The notes: generated by a model from the letters alone, not told the origin. 63,980 bases of DNA, filler included, from Lama guanicoe (GCA_013239625.1; 80 parts of 77 records of this genome joined end to end with filler, not necessarily neighbours in it), one strand, 5' to 3'. Positions 12,680-26,180 are shown, counted from the whole stretch's first letter. Translations and numbers: made by a program.

Positions 12680-13000
12680 CTGCTTACTGAATCAAGACTC
12701 GAGGACAGAGTTCTGGATGAAGTAGAAAAGGCAGCTTTATTCCTTTGCCAGGCAAAGGAGATCACAGTGGGCTGATGCCTCTAACACTGCGAATGTTGGG
12801 TAAAGAAGGCAGGTGGTTTTAGAGTAAAACTTCACGGGTCCAAGCTAGTTTCCACAGGGATTGTATATAGGGTAACAAATTGTTGCAAAGTTGTTCTTGA
12901 TTTTGCAGATGCAGCAGCTCCTTTCCCTCACCTGGGTATGAAGTTCACCTCTGGCTCTGGGATTCTTTTAATATTCTTGTTACCTAGAGAAAAGGATGCA
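12680..13000 (-). mobile_element. ERV LTR fragment
   Basis: GACAGAGTTCTGGATGAAGTAGAAAAGGCAGCTTTATT..TTTGCCAGGCAAAGG, with an antisense AATAAA, resembles artiodactyl LTRs. Confidence 0.65.
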
Positions 13001-13089
13001 TAGGAAGGTGGGGTCCATGGAAAAGAGCTCTAGAGAAAAACTTGTGCCATTTAAGGTCAAGTTGATAAGTGCCTTTAGGCTTTTAAGCA

Positions 13090-13410
13090 TGCTGAGACTT
13101 GGGACCTCCTGCTGCAAGTTGAATCCTGCAACTTGAACAACAGGACACAAGGAAACCACAAAGGGTCAAAAACAACTGCAGACACCTGCACTTGGGGCAA
13201 GTAATTAACAAAATGCACAAAACGCCCAATTGCCGTTTCTGAGGTGTTGGGGTCAAGAGGAGAGCACTGAGGTCCAAAACAGGATACCAAGGTCAAAAAC
13301 AGGGCACTGGGGGCAAAAGCAGGACACTGAGCATGATCCCTGCACACAGCACCACAAGGAGGTTGGGTGGATCACCCAAGCCTCCCTCCTCTCCAGCCTA
13401 CCTCTGGTCA
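13090..13410 (+). mobile_element. ERV1-type LTR fragment
   Basis: AAAAACAACTGC...TTGGGGCAA...AAAAGCAGG.CACTG.GCATG..CCCTGCACAC resembles artiodactyl ERV1 LTR U3, with short internal repeats. Confidence 0.65.
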
Positions 13411-13648
13411 GCAAGAGCATGAGAAAAACTCTTTAAACCATGATACAGTTAGGCAGTTACAAAAACCATTACAGATACCAGATGGTTACTGATGACAGTA
13501 GGGTCCTGCTCAGTAACACAATGATTATCTTTTTCAACTCCAAACTACNNNNNNNNNNNNNNNNNNNNNNNNNNNNNNNNNNNNNNNNNNNNTTAATTAA
13601 TTAANNNNNNNNNNNNNNNNNNNNNNNNNNNNNNNNNNNNNNNNNNNN

Positions 13649-14088
13649 AGAACACAGAATTTAGAATATAGAATACAGAATAATGAATGTAGAATTTATA
13701 ATATTCAATGCAGAGCACAAAATTTACAGTATAGAATACAGAATACTGAATATAGAATTTAGAAAATAGAATGTATAACACAGAATAAAGAATATAGAAC
13801 ACTGAATGCAGTACATTTAATGTCGAATATTGAATGAATAACACAAAATTTAGAATATAGAATAGAGAATATAGAAGCCAGAATTTAGAACATGGAATGC
13901 AAAACACAGAATTTAGAATATACAGTGCAGAATACTGAATANNNNNNNNNNNNNNNNNNNNNNNNNNNNNNNNNNNNNNNNNNNNNNNNNNNNNNNNNNN
14001 NNNNNNNNNNNNNNNNNNNNNNNNNNNNCAGAGAACCCTGAATTTAGAACATGGAATGTAGAACACAGAATTTAAAATATAGAATACA
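13649..14088 (-). repeat. Satellite A
   Basis: AGAATAT/AGAATAC/AGAACAC heptamers. Confidence 0.95.
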
Positions 14089-14359
14089 NNNNNNNNNNNN
14101 NNNNNNNNNNNNNNNNNNNNNNNNNNNNNNNNTTAATTAATTAANNNNNNNNNNNNNNNNNNNNNNNNNNNNNNNNNNNNNNNNNNNNTGTATTTCTCAT
14201 AAGCTAGGTGATTAACTGCTTGCACACACAGTTAACTGTCAGAATTTATCTCATGAATTGACTTACATTCATCTGAAATTAATGAATGTTTTGCAATATT
14301 AACACTTATTTTGTTTTCTCAGTATTTTTCTTAGTGCCCATAGAAATTTATTCCATTTG

Positions 14360-14626
14360 TTTTTAAACTGATTTGAAGCTTGTACCTCCCCTTATATATA
14401 TTTGTAGATCAAAACCCACTGTGTGTTCCTAAGAAGCTTTGTTATTTTAGTTATTGTATTCTATTAGTTATTGTATTCTTTCATACATATTCATCTCTCA
14501 GACTTTAACATGTTCAGAGACTATTGTTCATGAAGCATTAGTGTAATGTGGAACAATTTTAACGCTCTGAATTTTCAGTATGTTTCCTAGTGCCTGTTTC
14601 AGTTTCGTTCTGTTTTCTCTGTAAAA
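14360..14626 (-). repeat. Highly diverged satellite C monomer
   Basis: AGCTTGTACCTCCCC..ATATAT and TGTTTCCTAGTGCC..TTTTCTCTGTAAAA match satellite C. Confidence 0.75.
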
Positions 14627-14755
14627 NNNNNNNNNNNNNNNNNNNNNNNNNNNNNNNNNNNNNNNNNNNNTTAATTAATTAANNNNNNNNNNNNNNNNNN
14701 NNNNNNNNNNNNNNNNNNNNNNNNNNAAATATACTGGAAAATACATTATATATTA

Positions 14756-14899
14756 TAGTTGAGCCTTGAACAATGCTGAGGATAGGGTGCCACCTCCCGC
14801 CCCCCAGGCACTTGCATATCGCTTATAGTCGGCCCACCATGTCCTTGGTTCCTCTGTATCCCGGCTTCTGCATCCCCCGAGTCAACCTAACAGGGATCG
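14756..14899 (+). mobile_element. TcMar-Tigger (Tigger2/MER8-like) left end
   Basis: TA followed by TAGTTGAGCCTTGAACAA, resembling the TIR CAGTTGACCCTTGAACAA, then TTATAGTCGGCCC...TGCATCC. Confidence 0.75.
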
Positions 14900-15309
14900 N
14901 NNNNNNNNNNNNNNNNNNNNNNNNNNNNNNNNNNNNNNNNNNNNNNNNNNNNNNNNNNNNNNNNNNNNNNNNNNNNNNNNNNNNNNNNNNNNNNNNNNNN
15001 NNNNNNNNNNNNNNNNNNNNNNNTTTTTTTTTTTACTGAAAGCAGCTTAATGTAATAATGTGTATTTGATTCAAAGCTCGCCAGTGACAAATTTGATCTC
15101 CAGAAAGTAATATGAAAAACAACGGAAACGTGTTTAATTCNNNNNNNNNNNNNNNNNNNNNNNNNNNNNNNNNNNNNNNNNNNNTTAATTAATTAANNNN
15201 NNNNNNNNNNNNNNNNNNNNNNNNNNNNNNNNNNNNNNNNGGGAAGATGTGTATCTTGGGATTGAATCAGTACATAGAGAGTTAAACAGATGGCACCAAC
15301 GCTCAGTGT

Positions 15310-15460
15310 TTATGTCACCTCAATCAAGGTTCATAATTTCTGAATATGAATTTATTTATCTATAAAATGACAATAATATCTGTTTCCTAGCACTATTATG
15401 AATATTAAATAAGATAATGCATATAAATCACTTGGCATAGAGCACATAGTAAGTGCTTAA
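15310..15460 (+). mobile_element. MIR SINE
   Basis: ATCTATAAAATGACAATAAT...ATTAAATAAGATAATGCATATAAA..CACATAGTAAGTGCTTAA. Confidence 0.8.
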
Positions 15461-16687
15461 CCAAGGCCTCTGTGACTGGAGGACAGTAAAGGGAATGTCA
15501 GTAAAGGGAATGTCAACATCAGGAGAAAGAGGCTGGTGGTTGGGGGATCATGTCAGAATTTTCCCTCCGTGGTAAACAGTTTTCAGTGAGTGGCTATCAG
15601 GGCCTTTTTTGCCAGGAGGGACTTGGCCTGGCATTACAAATCATACTGGCAGATCATTGAGGCATTAGAACTCAATATTGTTTTTTCAGACTGTAGATAA
15701 AAAGCTTGGATTCCTGTGAACACACACATGCACACAGAACTAAACAAATTTAAAACTTNNNNNNNNNNNNNNNNNNNNNNNNNNNNNNNNNNNNNNNNNN
15801 NNTTAATTAATTAANNNNNNNNNNNNNNNNNNNNNNNNNNNNNNNNNNNNNNNNNNNNGAACCGGTGTCGAGGAGAAGCTCATAAAAGCAGGTGGAGAGA
15901 AAGCACATGTTCTCCCCAGAGGAAGGAGCAAAGTGGGTTGAGGGCGTCGCTCCTTCGGGACCACCAGATGGGCGAGCAGACACTGCAGTTGTCTCTTTAG
16001 AATCAAAAAGTAAAAACAACACAACACAACACAACATCAAGAGAAGCAGCCATGTCCACTCTGAACTCTACTCACTGGAAATATCTGTAAATATTAAGGC
16101 AAACACGCTCGTGTAGTTCAAAGTTCTGAGAGGCAGAGGGATACGTGGTGACATCGGTGCCCTGCGTGAGAAGCGGTGCGCTGTCCGGGCAAGGTCGGCC
16201 TGTACTGTCAACCCCGCATCCAACCTTCAAATAAGACCAATTTTAACAACACTTTCAGACAATCAAGCACAAAAGAATACAATATTAAATCATAAAAAAT
16301 ATGCAGTTAATGGAAAATAGAGAAAAAGCAAAGTAGCAATGAGGAAGACATGGGACAAAATGTAAAGAAGAAGCAAGATGAGACATTTTCACAGAAATGT
16401 AAAATGTATTATCTGTCGATGGTAAGTGGGGGAAATCCCACAATTGAAAGACAGATGCATGCAGATTCAGTTTTACAGCAAGACCCGTGGAAATGGCCTT
16501 GAACAGCCAGAGTGCTGTCCCAGCCCACAGACCCGCCGGCTCTAACCCGGGACACAGCCCCCTGCCCTCCCCCACGTGCAGGCTGAANNNNNNNNNNNNN
16601 NNNNNNNNNNNNNNNNNNNNNNNNNNNNNNNTTAATTAATTAANNNNNNNNNNNNNNNNNNNNNNNNNNNNNNNNNNNNNNNNNNNN

Positions 16688-17498
16688 TGCCATGAAGCTA
16701 GAAATCAACAACAGAGAAACAAAGGGGAACAAAAGGTAAACATGGAATTTAAACAATATGTTATTCAAAAACCAATGGGTCAATGAAGAAATCAAAGTTG
16801 AAATGAAAAATTACCTTGAGACAAAAGAAAATTAAAGCAAAACCCCACAAAATTTATGGGACACAGTAAAAGCAGTGCTGAGAGGGGTGTTTATAGTGAT
16901 AATGATACAGGCATTCCTCATAAAAGAAGAACAACCCCCCAAAAAACTTAAACCACCAGCAGAATGAACTAGAAAAAGAAGAAGAAAAAACCCCAAAGGC
17001 AGCGGATGGAAGGAAATCATAAATATTGGGGAGGAAATAAAAAAAATAGAGATTAAAAAGTCCATAGTAAAAAATGAACCAATCCAAAAGCTGGTTTTTC
17101 CAAAAGTTAAGTATAATCAGAAAACCTCTGGCCAAACTCAAAAAGAAGTAAAGAGAGTTAGCCCAAATTACCAGATAAGAAAGGAGAATGGAGATTTTAT
17201 AACAAATAAAATAGAAATATAGAATATCATATGAGATTATTATGAAAAGAATATGGAGCCAAACTGTATAACCTAGAAGAGATGGACAAGTTTCTGGAAA
17301 CATAATGTCCACCTAGACTAAATCAAGAAGAAACTGACCCCTTGAACAAGCAGAGCACTAGAAATGAAATCAAAATAGCAATATAAAACCTCCCTACAAA
17401 TAACTGTCCAGGACCAGATGGATTCACAGAAGAATTCTACCAAACATAAAAGAAGAACTCATACCAGTCCTTCTCAAAATCTTCCAGATGATAGAAAA
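16688..17498 (+). mobile_element. L1 ORF2 N-terminal/Z region, disrupted
   Basis: CTAGAAATCAAC, ATGGGACACAGTAAAAGCAGTGCTGAGAGG and CCAGGACCAGATGGATTCAC (PGPDGF). Confidence 0.95.
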
Positions 17499-17598
17499 NN
17501 NNNNNNNNNNNNNNNNNNNNNNNNNNNNNNNNNNNNNNNNNNTTAATTAATTAANNNNNNNNNNNNNNNNNNNNNNNNNNNNNNNNNNNNNNNNNNNN

Positions 17599-18063
17599 CT
17601 GACATTGGGGAAGCAGCCTCTTACACTGGGAATTCCTGCAAACCACCAAGCTTTCCCTGGCATAGAGAGATTAGGAAAATTCTCAGGGAAGCCGAGCTTA
17701 GGCATTCCGTTAGAACCCACGCGCTGCCGACCAATGGAGGTACCTCCCCTCGGTGAGGATTCCGGAACCATTGTCAGTGCGTGGGGGAGCTCGAGAGACA
17801 ACTCCACGCAGCTCTCTTCAGTCANNNNNNNNNNNNNNNNNNNNNNNNNNNNNNNNNNNNNNNNNNNNNNNNNNNNNNNNNNNNNNNNNNNNNNNNNNNN
17901 NNNNNNNNNNNNNNNNNNNNNNNNNNNNNNNNNNNNNNNNNNNNNNNNNNNNNNNNNNNNNNNATAGGCATTCGAACCCATGCACTGTCGACCGTTGGTG
18001 CAACCTCCCAACGGTCAGGTTTCCGGAACCATTTTCAGTGCGTGGGGGAGCTCGAGAGACAAC
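17599..18063 (+). repeat. Satellite D (267-bp monomer)
   Basis: TTAGAACCCACGCGCTGCCGACC...GATTCCGGAACCATTGTCA...GAGCTCGAGAGA. Confidence 0.93.
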
Positions 18064-18163
18064 NNNNNNNNNNNNNNNNNNNNNNNNNNNNNNNNNNNNN
18101 NNNNNNNTTAATTAATTAANNNNNNNNNNNNNNNNNNNNNNNNNNNNNNNNNNNNNNNNNNNN

Positions 18164-18802
18164 TATAGAATGTAGAACGCAGAATATAGAATATAGAATA
18201 AGGAATGCAGAATATAGAATGCACAATATAGAAATAAGAACACAAAATATTCAATATATAAAACAGAATTTAGAAACCAGAATTTAAAAACGGACTCAGA
18301 ACACAGAATTCAGATTATAGAATACAGAATACTGAATATAGAATTTAGAATATTGACTGTAGAAAACATAATATAGAATATAAAACACGGAATGCAAAAT
18401 ATAGAACGTACAATATAGAATGAAGAACAAAAAATATAAAATATAGAATAGAGAATATAGAACCCAGAATTAAGAAATAGAGTGCAGAACAGAGAATTTA
18501 GAATATTGAATACAGAAGACTGAACACAGTTTTTAGAATATAGAATGTAGAACACAGAAAAAAAGNNNNNNNNNNNNNNGGAATGCAGAGTATATAGAAT
18601 ATAGAATGAAGAACAAAAAATATAGAATATAGAATACAGTATATAAAAGCCAGAATTTCGATCATCTAATGCAGAACACACAATTAAGAATATAGAATAC
18701 AGAATACTGAATATAGAATATAGAATGTAGAACACAGAGTTGAACATAGAATGCAGAATACTGAATATAGAATTTAGAATATAGAATAAAGAACACAGAA
18801 TA
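18164..18802 (-). repeat. Satellite A
   Basis: Heptamer array. Confidence 0.95.
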
Positions 18803-18902
18803 NNNNNNNNNNNNNNNNNNNNNNNNNNNNNNNNNNNNNNNNNNNNTTAATTAATTAANNNNNNNNNNNNNNNNNNNNNNNNNNNNNNNNNNNNNNNNNN
18901 NN

Positions 18903-19183
18903 CTGGTAACTTCACATGCTGACGAGTGGGAGGCCTATTCCAACTCCTTGGAGAAGGGGCGGGGATTCCCAGGAACGGGGCCATCACCTACTTTTTAATC
19001 TTGGATGGGCAGCCTTGAAACTGTCCCGGCAGCTGTGGGAGGGCCATTTAGCAGCTATTGTACTTCAATGAGCTGACACAGAAGCTGGAGGTCGACTGGG
19101 AGTCGAATGCTCCACCTTCTTGGTGCTGATGGCTGCTGTGTGTTCTTTTAGTGCCTGTGCCCTGCCCCCTCCCTCCTGTCTCA
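18903..19183 (-). mobile_element. ERV1 (MER41-like) LTR, 5' part
   Basis: The minus strand starts TGAGACAGGAGGGAGGGGGCAGGGCACAG, homologous to the LTR start at 58360. Confidence 0.75.
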
Positions 19184-19599
19184 CAAGGGGTTAGAAAAAT
19201 GCCCAGGCCCTTCAGGATATCAGGATCTCTCATCATCCCACCAGAGGTCCAGGAAAAGGGGGAGATTCTCTTCCCAAAGCTCATGCACAAGAAAGGAGGC
19301 TCCCTCACCTCGAGAGCTTCCACAGCTGCTCCCTGCACCCCCTGCCTGTGATCTGGCCGCATCCCCAGCCCCAAACAATGCCTGTGCCAGGAGGAGGGGG
19401 ACCAGCGGGACAGAGCCGCCCACGAAGAATCTTTGACTTGGTGGGGGGGAGCATTGTTTCACAAAAGGCAGGGGAGGGGTAGGCGTGGGCCAGATTTCCN
19501 NNNNNNNNNNNNNNNNNNNNNNNNNNNNNNNNNNNNNNNNNNNTTAATTAATTAANNNNNNNNNNNNNNNNNNNNNNNNNNNNNNNNNNNNNNNNNNNN

Positions 19600-20159
19600 A
19601 AATGCAAATCAAAACTGTAATGAGGTATCACCTCACACCAGTCAGAATAGCCATCATTCAAAATTGCACAGGTGACAAATGCTGGAGAGGCTGTGGAATA
19701 AAGGGAACCGTCCTTCACTGCTGGGGGCAATTCAGTTTGGTGCAGCCACTGTGGAAAACAGGATGGAGATTCCTCAAAAACCTAGGAATAGACCTACCAT
19801 ATGACCCAGGAATCCCGATCCTGGACATAAATCCAGTAGGAACCCTACTTCAGGATGACACCTGCACACCAATGTTTATAGCCAGCACTATATACAATAG
19901 CCAAGACATGGAAACAGCCTAAATGTCCATCGACAGTTGACTAGATAAAGAAGAGGTGGTATATTTATACAATGGAATAATAGTCAGTCTTATGAACTGA
20001 CAACATAACGCCATTTTCATCAACATGGATGCTCCTGGAGAAAATCAGTCTACGTGAAGTAAGCCAGAAAGAAAGAAAAATACCATATGAGAAGGCTAAT
20101 GTATGGTATTTAAAAACCAAACCAAACCAAACAAAAAACTCATAAATACAAAACAGAAA
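19600..20159 (+). mobile_element. L1 ORF2 C-terminus (CCHC region) and start of 3' UTR
   Basis: [17 protein letters not shown]...CWRGCG...[11 protein letters not shown]. Confidence 0.97.
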
Positions 20160-20259
20160 NNNNNNNNNNNNNNNNNNNNNNNNNNNNNNNNNNNNNNNNN
20201 NNNTTAATTAATTAANNNNNNNNNNNNNNNNNNNNNNNNNNNNNNNNNNNNNNNNNNNN

Positions 20260-20460
20260 GATAGGGATTCCACTGTATATGTAGATCATTTTGAGGAGTC
20301 TTAACATTGTTAATAATATTGTCTATCATTCCATGAAAATGGGATTTCTTCCATATATGTAGATCTTTTAAAATTTATTTTGGTGATACTTCAAAAATTT
20401 CAATGTACAAATCTTGTAAATTTTTGTTAAATGTATCTCTCATTTTATTTTTAATGCTGC
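20260..20460 (-). mobile_element. Old L1M fragment
   Basis: Antisense ORF2-like GTAGATCATTTTGAGGAG...TTCCATGAAAATGGGAT. Confidence 0.65.
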
Positions 20461-23359
20461 NNNNNNNNNNNNNNNNNNNNNNNNNNNNNNNNNNNNNNNN
20501 NNNNNNNNNNNNNNNNNNNNNNNNNNNNNNNNNNNNNNNNNNNNNNNNNNNNNNNNNNNNNNNNNNNNNNNNNNNNNNNNNNNNNNNNNNNNNNNNNNNN
20601 NNNNNNNNNNNNNNNNNNNNNNNNNNNNNNNNNNNNNNNNNNNNNNNNNNNNNNNNNNNNNNNNNNNNNNNNNNNNNNNNNNNNNNNNNNNNNNNNNNNN
20701 NNNNNNNNNNNNNNNNNNNNNNNNNNNNNNNNNNNNNNNNNNNNNNNNNNNNNNNNNNNNNNNNNNNNNNNNNNNNNNNNNNNNNNNNNNNNNNNNNNNN
20801 NNNNNNNNNNNNNNNNNNNNNNNNNNNNNNNNNNNNNNNNNNNNNNNNNNNNNNNNNNNNNNNNNNNNNNNNNNNNNNNNNNNNNNNNNNNNNNNNNNNN
20901 NNNNNNNNNNNNNNNNCAATAATGACAATGCTCAAGCAACATGTAAGAGCTTGAGCAAACTGCCCCCGCCCCGTAGTGCTGGGTGGCTGCAGCTGCAACT
21001 GGAGTCAGCGCTTACCTCTCCCAGTACGCTTGTGCTGATCTGCTAAAGGGGATCGTCCAACATTTTGTCAGTAGTCTGTTGGACAATGTCATAAAACATT
21101 GATTGATGCGGGGAGCCGCTCGTGACGGAGGGCTGCCGCGCACAAAACTTNNNNNNNNNNNNNNNNNNNNNNNNNNNNNNNNNNNNNNNNNNNNTTAATT
21201 AATTAANNNNNNNNNNNNNNNNNNNNNNNNNNNNNNNNNNNNNNNNNNNNTGACTCCTGGACAGTGCCTGGGACTTCCAGGTTTCCCCTACAGTAGGGAA
21301 ACTGAAGAAATTTCAACCCATAAGGTGTGTTTGGGGACCTCGAGAACAGGTAGGGACCCACAGACAGATATCTGGATGGGTGGTGATCAGGCCGTGTCTT
21401 GGAAGGACAGAGATTCCGTTATTGTTCTAACAGTGAACTTAAGAGAGGAATTCGGGAAGGTCTGATGCAACTGAGATTAAAAGTATTATCTGGCTTTTAT
21501 TGTTATCAGTAGTGGTTTTTAACCCTTAGACACATTCCCGCTTTTTATAAGAAATATTTTCTAACCTTTCTTTTTTGGTGCCCGGAATTGAACATCATAG
21601 AAAGTGTAACCTAAGTATAAATATGATAAACAAATAGACAAGTAGATGGAAAGATGAGGTACCTCAATTCTTATATTATGGGGTATTTTATATTTATGCT
21701 AATTAGTGACCTCTCAGGACAAAAGACACATACAAAGGAAGTCACTTCTAATAAACTATTTTCCCAAGCCTTACCTAAAGGGAAACAAGCACAATGTTAA
21801 AGCATCTCCCAGGCCCCGGGGAAAACACCTTGTCAGAGTTACACTTGCTGATGGTGTCCTGTGCCAAGTGCAAGCAGATGCGGTTCGGAAGCTGCCCGGA
21901 GGCTGACTCCAGGGATTCCTTCTCTGTCGCAGTTGTGAGGGAGCCTTGCCTTTCCTGACCACAATCACAGAGGCTATTTTAAGTCTCTGAAAACTGCCAT
22001 ACCAGTGTATATCACAACCCCCACNNNNNNNNNNNNNNNNNNNNNNNNNNNNNNNNNNNNNNNNNNNNTTAATTAATTAANNNNNNNNNNNNNNNNNNNN
22101 NNNNNNNNNNNNNNNNNNNNNNNNCAGCAGGATCCAGGCCAGGCCCCTGCGTGGCCAAACCAGCCTCCCACCCACAGAGATACTCAGCTCTACCCTGGGA
22201 CACAGCCCCACTGACCTCGCCCAGCCAGGATGTGGTGGGGACAGCAGTGAGAGCTGGGGGCCCAGTGTTCTCACGCAGCTTGGCCCTCATGGCTCCTGTG
22301 CCCTAGTTGAGACACAGAGGACCAGGGTCAGACCCCTGGCCTCCAACCTGGGCTCACCTCACTTCTTTCTGTTTATCTGGGGACTTCTGCTCTCTGGGCC
22401 TCTGCTTTACCAGCTGTTAAGGCTTTGTTCCAAACTAAATTATAAAATGGCCCCCAAATATATTATTAACTACAGAGATAAGTGGCAAGGATCTCAGTGA
22501 GTCATGAGGTCCTGGAGTTCCCTGTCCTCCTTCTTCAGGAATCCTAGAAAGGGCTTCAGCCTTCGGTATGATTTCCAGGTGGATNNNNNNNNNNNNNNNN
22601 NNNNNNNNNNNNNNNNNNNNNNNNNNNNTTAATTAATTAANNNNNNNNNNNNNNNNNNNNNNNNNNNNNNNNNNNNNNNNNNNNTTTAGACATATTTGAA
22701 TAGCATGAAAATAGTCGCTAATTTTGATGTTTTCTTTTCCATTCCTATGTATTTTTGAGGATGGGTATAGCTTTGGTGCAGCAAGAGTAACATACCAAAG
22801 ATCTATCAATTGGTATGTTAGGATTTTATATGAAAAATTAAGAATGAAACTGCACTTAAACAAAGAGAAGAGGCAGTGAGGAAAACACAAGCCACCCTCG
22901 AACTTGGCTACAATTCAGAATTCCTGGTTTTCAAAAAAGGGAAACATAATTCAAAATAAATTCCCTAAATATTTAAAAACCTAAATATTTTAGCCCATAG
23001 TAGAAATACATGGAGGCAAAATTCAGCTCACTGGAACCTAGAACAATGTGCTTACTTAAGCGAAGGTATAAATAAGACCACAGATACTATAATGCATTCT
23101 TTACTTTAAACTAGTTCATGTGAGCAAGTTTCATTTCACATGAATTGCTCAGTACCAGTTTAGGAAATATATCCTTTTTGATTGGTAAAAATAGCTCACA
23201 AATAACCAGGTTCAACAAAATTTAGTGTTAAATAATTTACTTATTTCCTTCAGGAAATGNNNNNNNNNNNNNNNNNNNNNNNNNNNNNNNNNNNNNNNNN
23301 NNNTTAATTAATTAANNNNNNNNNNNNNNNNNNNNNNNNNNNNNNNNNNNNNNNNNNNN

Positions 23360-23792
23360 GAACACAGAATATAGAATATGGAAAACACAATACAAAACCC
23401 AGAATTGAAAAAATGGAATGCTCAACACAGAATTAATAATATAGAATACAGAATACTGAATATACAATTTAGAATATAGAATGTAGAACAGAGAATTTAG
23501 TATATAGAATAAAGTATACTGAATATAGAATTTAGAATATAGAATGTAGAACACAGAATATAGAAAATNNNNNNNNNNNNNNNNNNNNNNNNNNNNNNNN
23601 NNNNNNNNNNNNNNNNNNNNNNNNNNNNNNNNNNNNNNNNNNNNNNAGAATTCTGAGAATTAAGAATATAGAATGTAGAACACAGAATATAAAATATAGA
23701 ATAGGGAATATACAACATGTAATGCAGAACACAGAATTTAGGGTATAGATTACACAATACTTAATATAAAATTTAGAATATAGAATATAGAA
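23360..23792 (-). repeat. Satellite A
   Basis: Heptamer array. Confidence 0.95.
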
Positions 23793-23929
23793 NNNNNNNN
23801 NNNNNNNNNNNNNNNNNNNNNNNNNNNNNNNNNNNNTTAATTAATTAANNNNNNNNNNNNNNNNNNNNNNNNNNNNNNNNNNNNNNNNNNNNTCTGTCGC
23901 CTGACACGGCTCTCCCTTCTGCCCTGCAG

Positions 23930-24041
23930 GTTAACTTGCAGTGTCCCGGCGTTTGCAGTTACCGGCCCGTGTTGCCACCAGCACCTGGGCCCCCCTTGGG
24001 CCCTGTGCAGCCTCGCTCACCAGTACCGGATGCTCCACTTG
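23930..24041 (+). other. Candidate 112-nt internal exon of an unidentified gene
   Basis: Acceptor CTCTCCCTTCTGCCCTGCAG|G and donor TTG|GTAAGA; phase-0 frame reads VNLQCPGVCSYRPVLPPAPGPPLGPVQPRSPVPDAPL. Confidence 0.45.
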
Positions 24042-24457
24042 GTAAGATGAAAGCGTCCATTCCTCTGTTTGTTCCTTGCGTCACTGCAGGAGAAGGGCAG
24101 ATCGCTCTCCAGGTCCCTCCNNNNNNNNNNNNNNNNNNNNNNNNNNNNNNNNNNNNNNNNNNNNNNNNNNNNNNNNNNNNNNNNNNNNNNNNNNNNNNNC
24201 CCCATCGTGCCCTGGGGAGGAGGTGTCTCTTGTAGAGTGCTACGGAGTAAGAGGCCTGTGACAGAAGGCAGGCGTGTCCGTTCTGCACAAGGGGCTTCCA
24301 AAGGGAGTACGTTCCGAGCTCCCCGAAGGAGAAGCCCACCCCTGCCATTGTCTGCAGNNNNNNNNNNNNNNNNNNNNNNNNNNNNNNNNNNNNNNNNNNN
24401 NTTAATTAATTAANNNNNNNNNNNNNNNNNNNNNNNNNNNNNNNNNNNNNNNNNNNN

Positions 24458-24989
24458 GGCAGCGCATGTCACTGCTCACCCGTGGGAGGGAGCAAAGTCA
24501 GCTCGGAGGCGCAGCGCTGCCCCTCCCGTCACGCCCAGCCTCTAGCTGCGCGAGCACACCGGGGACACAGTGACACCAGCACAGAAGTGCAGCCCCCGGG
24601 CCTCGGGCCCTGAGCCAACACCCCCACCAAGGCGGAGACTGCCAGCACCCGTGGGAGAAACCCAGCTCCCTCAGGGCTCCTGCTCCAGCCCCTGTGGTCC
24701 TGATCCCTCCTTTGACAGGGCAGTGACAGCCACTGAGCAGAGAAGCCCCAGCTTGGCCCTGGTCCTGGCTCTGGCCCTTCCAGCATGCCGCCAGCACACG
24801 TGGGAGAAGATGCGGCCCGTGCTGCTGTCAGATCCAGCTCCCACCAAGGCCCCAGAGCACACGCAGTTACATAGGGATGTTCCCACACAAGGCACGCCTG
24901 CAACACAAGAGCAGGTAACTGTTTCTCCTAAATTCAGAGTGACAGAGAAAGTTAAACAAAATGAGAAGAGGAGAATATGTTTCAAAAGA
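24458..24989 (+). mobile_element. Older L1 5' UTR and ORF1 start
   Basis: AGGTAACTGTTTCTCCTAA...AAACAAAATGAGAAGAGGAGAATATGTTTCAAA resembles the MRRQRNMFQ ORF1 start of laurasiatherian L1. Confidence 0.7.
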
Positions 24990-25369
24990 NNNNNNNNNNN
25001 NNNNNNNNNNNNNNNNNNNNNNNNNNNNNNNNNTTAATTAATTAANNNNNNNNNNNNNNNNNNNNNNNNNNNNNNNNNNNNNNNNNNNNGAGACTCATCT
25101 CAGATTTAAGATGGGGAAGAAACCACCCATTTCTCAGAGGAAATCTTGAGAACTATGTAAACTGGTTCTGAGATGTCTAGTCCTTTAACATTATTCATGA
25201 ATTCATATTACCAAGTCTTAAAACTACCTGATAACCCACAGTGGTGATACTGATCATAACAGCTCCCATCACGGATCGAGCTCCGGCTACGACTGCTCTG
25301 TTCTGACATCTCTATGAGGCCTCACCAGGCTGACAGAACTAAATTCGGTCATTCATGAGCATCGCGTGT

Positions 25370-25490
25370 AAGTCCTCCCATTCTGCTCCTCACTCTCCCC
25401 TCAACAGCCCCTCTGAGGGAAGCACTGTTATCCCCATGCGCAGATAAGGCCACTGAGGCACAGAGACTAAAACAGTTCCAGGTCCCATCG
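25370..25490 (-). mobile_element. MIR SINE
   Basis: TTATCCCCATG.GCAGATAAGG..ACTGAGGCACAGAGA. Confidence 0.75.
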
Positions 25491-25634
25491 GCATTAAAGG
25501 ATGTCTGTATTTCTGCTGTTTTGCTTTTGACAAANNNNNNNNNNNNNNNNNNNNNNNNNNNNNNNNNNNNNNNNNNNNTTAATTAATTAANNNNNNNNNN
25601 NNNNNNNNNNNNNNNNNNNNNNNNNNNNNNNNNN

Positions 25635-26080
25635 ATGGAATACGGAAAGCAGAATTTTGTATTTGGAATAAAGAATGAAGAAAGCAAAATATAGAATATA
25701 TAAAATAGCACATAGAGTCCTGAATTTAGAACTGGAATGCTGAACTCAGAATTTAGAATATAGAATAAAGAATTCTGAATATAGAACTTAGAATATAAAA
25801 TGTAGAACACAGAATATAGACTATGGAATACAGAATACTGAATATAGAATTTAGAACATGGAATGCAGAACCCAGAATTTAGACAGAATACAAAATACTG
25901 AATATAGGAATTAGAACATCGAATGCAGAACTCAGAATTTCGAATTCAGAAAACAGAATAGTGAATATACAATATAGAACATGGAATGCAGAACACAAAA
26001 TTTGGAATATAGTATACAGAATACTGAATATTGGAGTTAGAATATATAATGTAGAAAATAGAATATAGAATATAAAATAC
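25635..26080 (-). repeat. Satellite A
   Basis: Heptamer array. Confidence 0.95.
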
Positions 26081-26180
26081 NNNNNNNNNNNNNNNNNNNN
26101 NNNNNNNNNNNNNNNNNNNNNNNNTTAATTAATTAANNNNNNNNNNNNNNNNNNNNNNNNNNNNNNNNNNNNNNNNNNNN

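Noticed and set aside
20375..20998. Long ORFs made mostly of X (many in the track)
   Set aside because: They are open only because N gaps contain no stop codons.
21010..21085. GTCCAACA/TGTTGGAC hairpin and a minus-strand donor (possible micro-exon)
   Set aside because: An 8-bp stem and a weak acceptor are compatible with chance.
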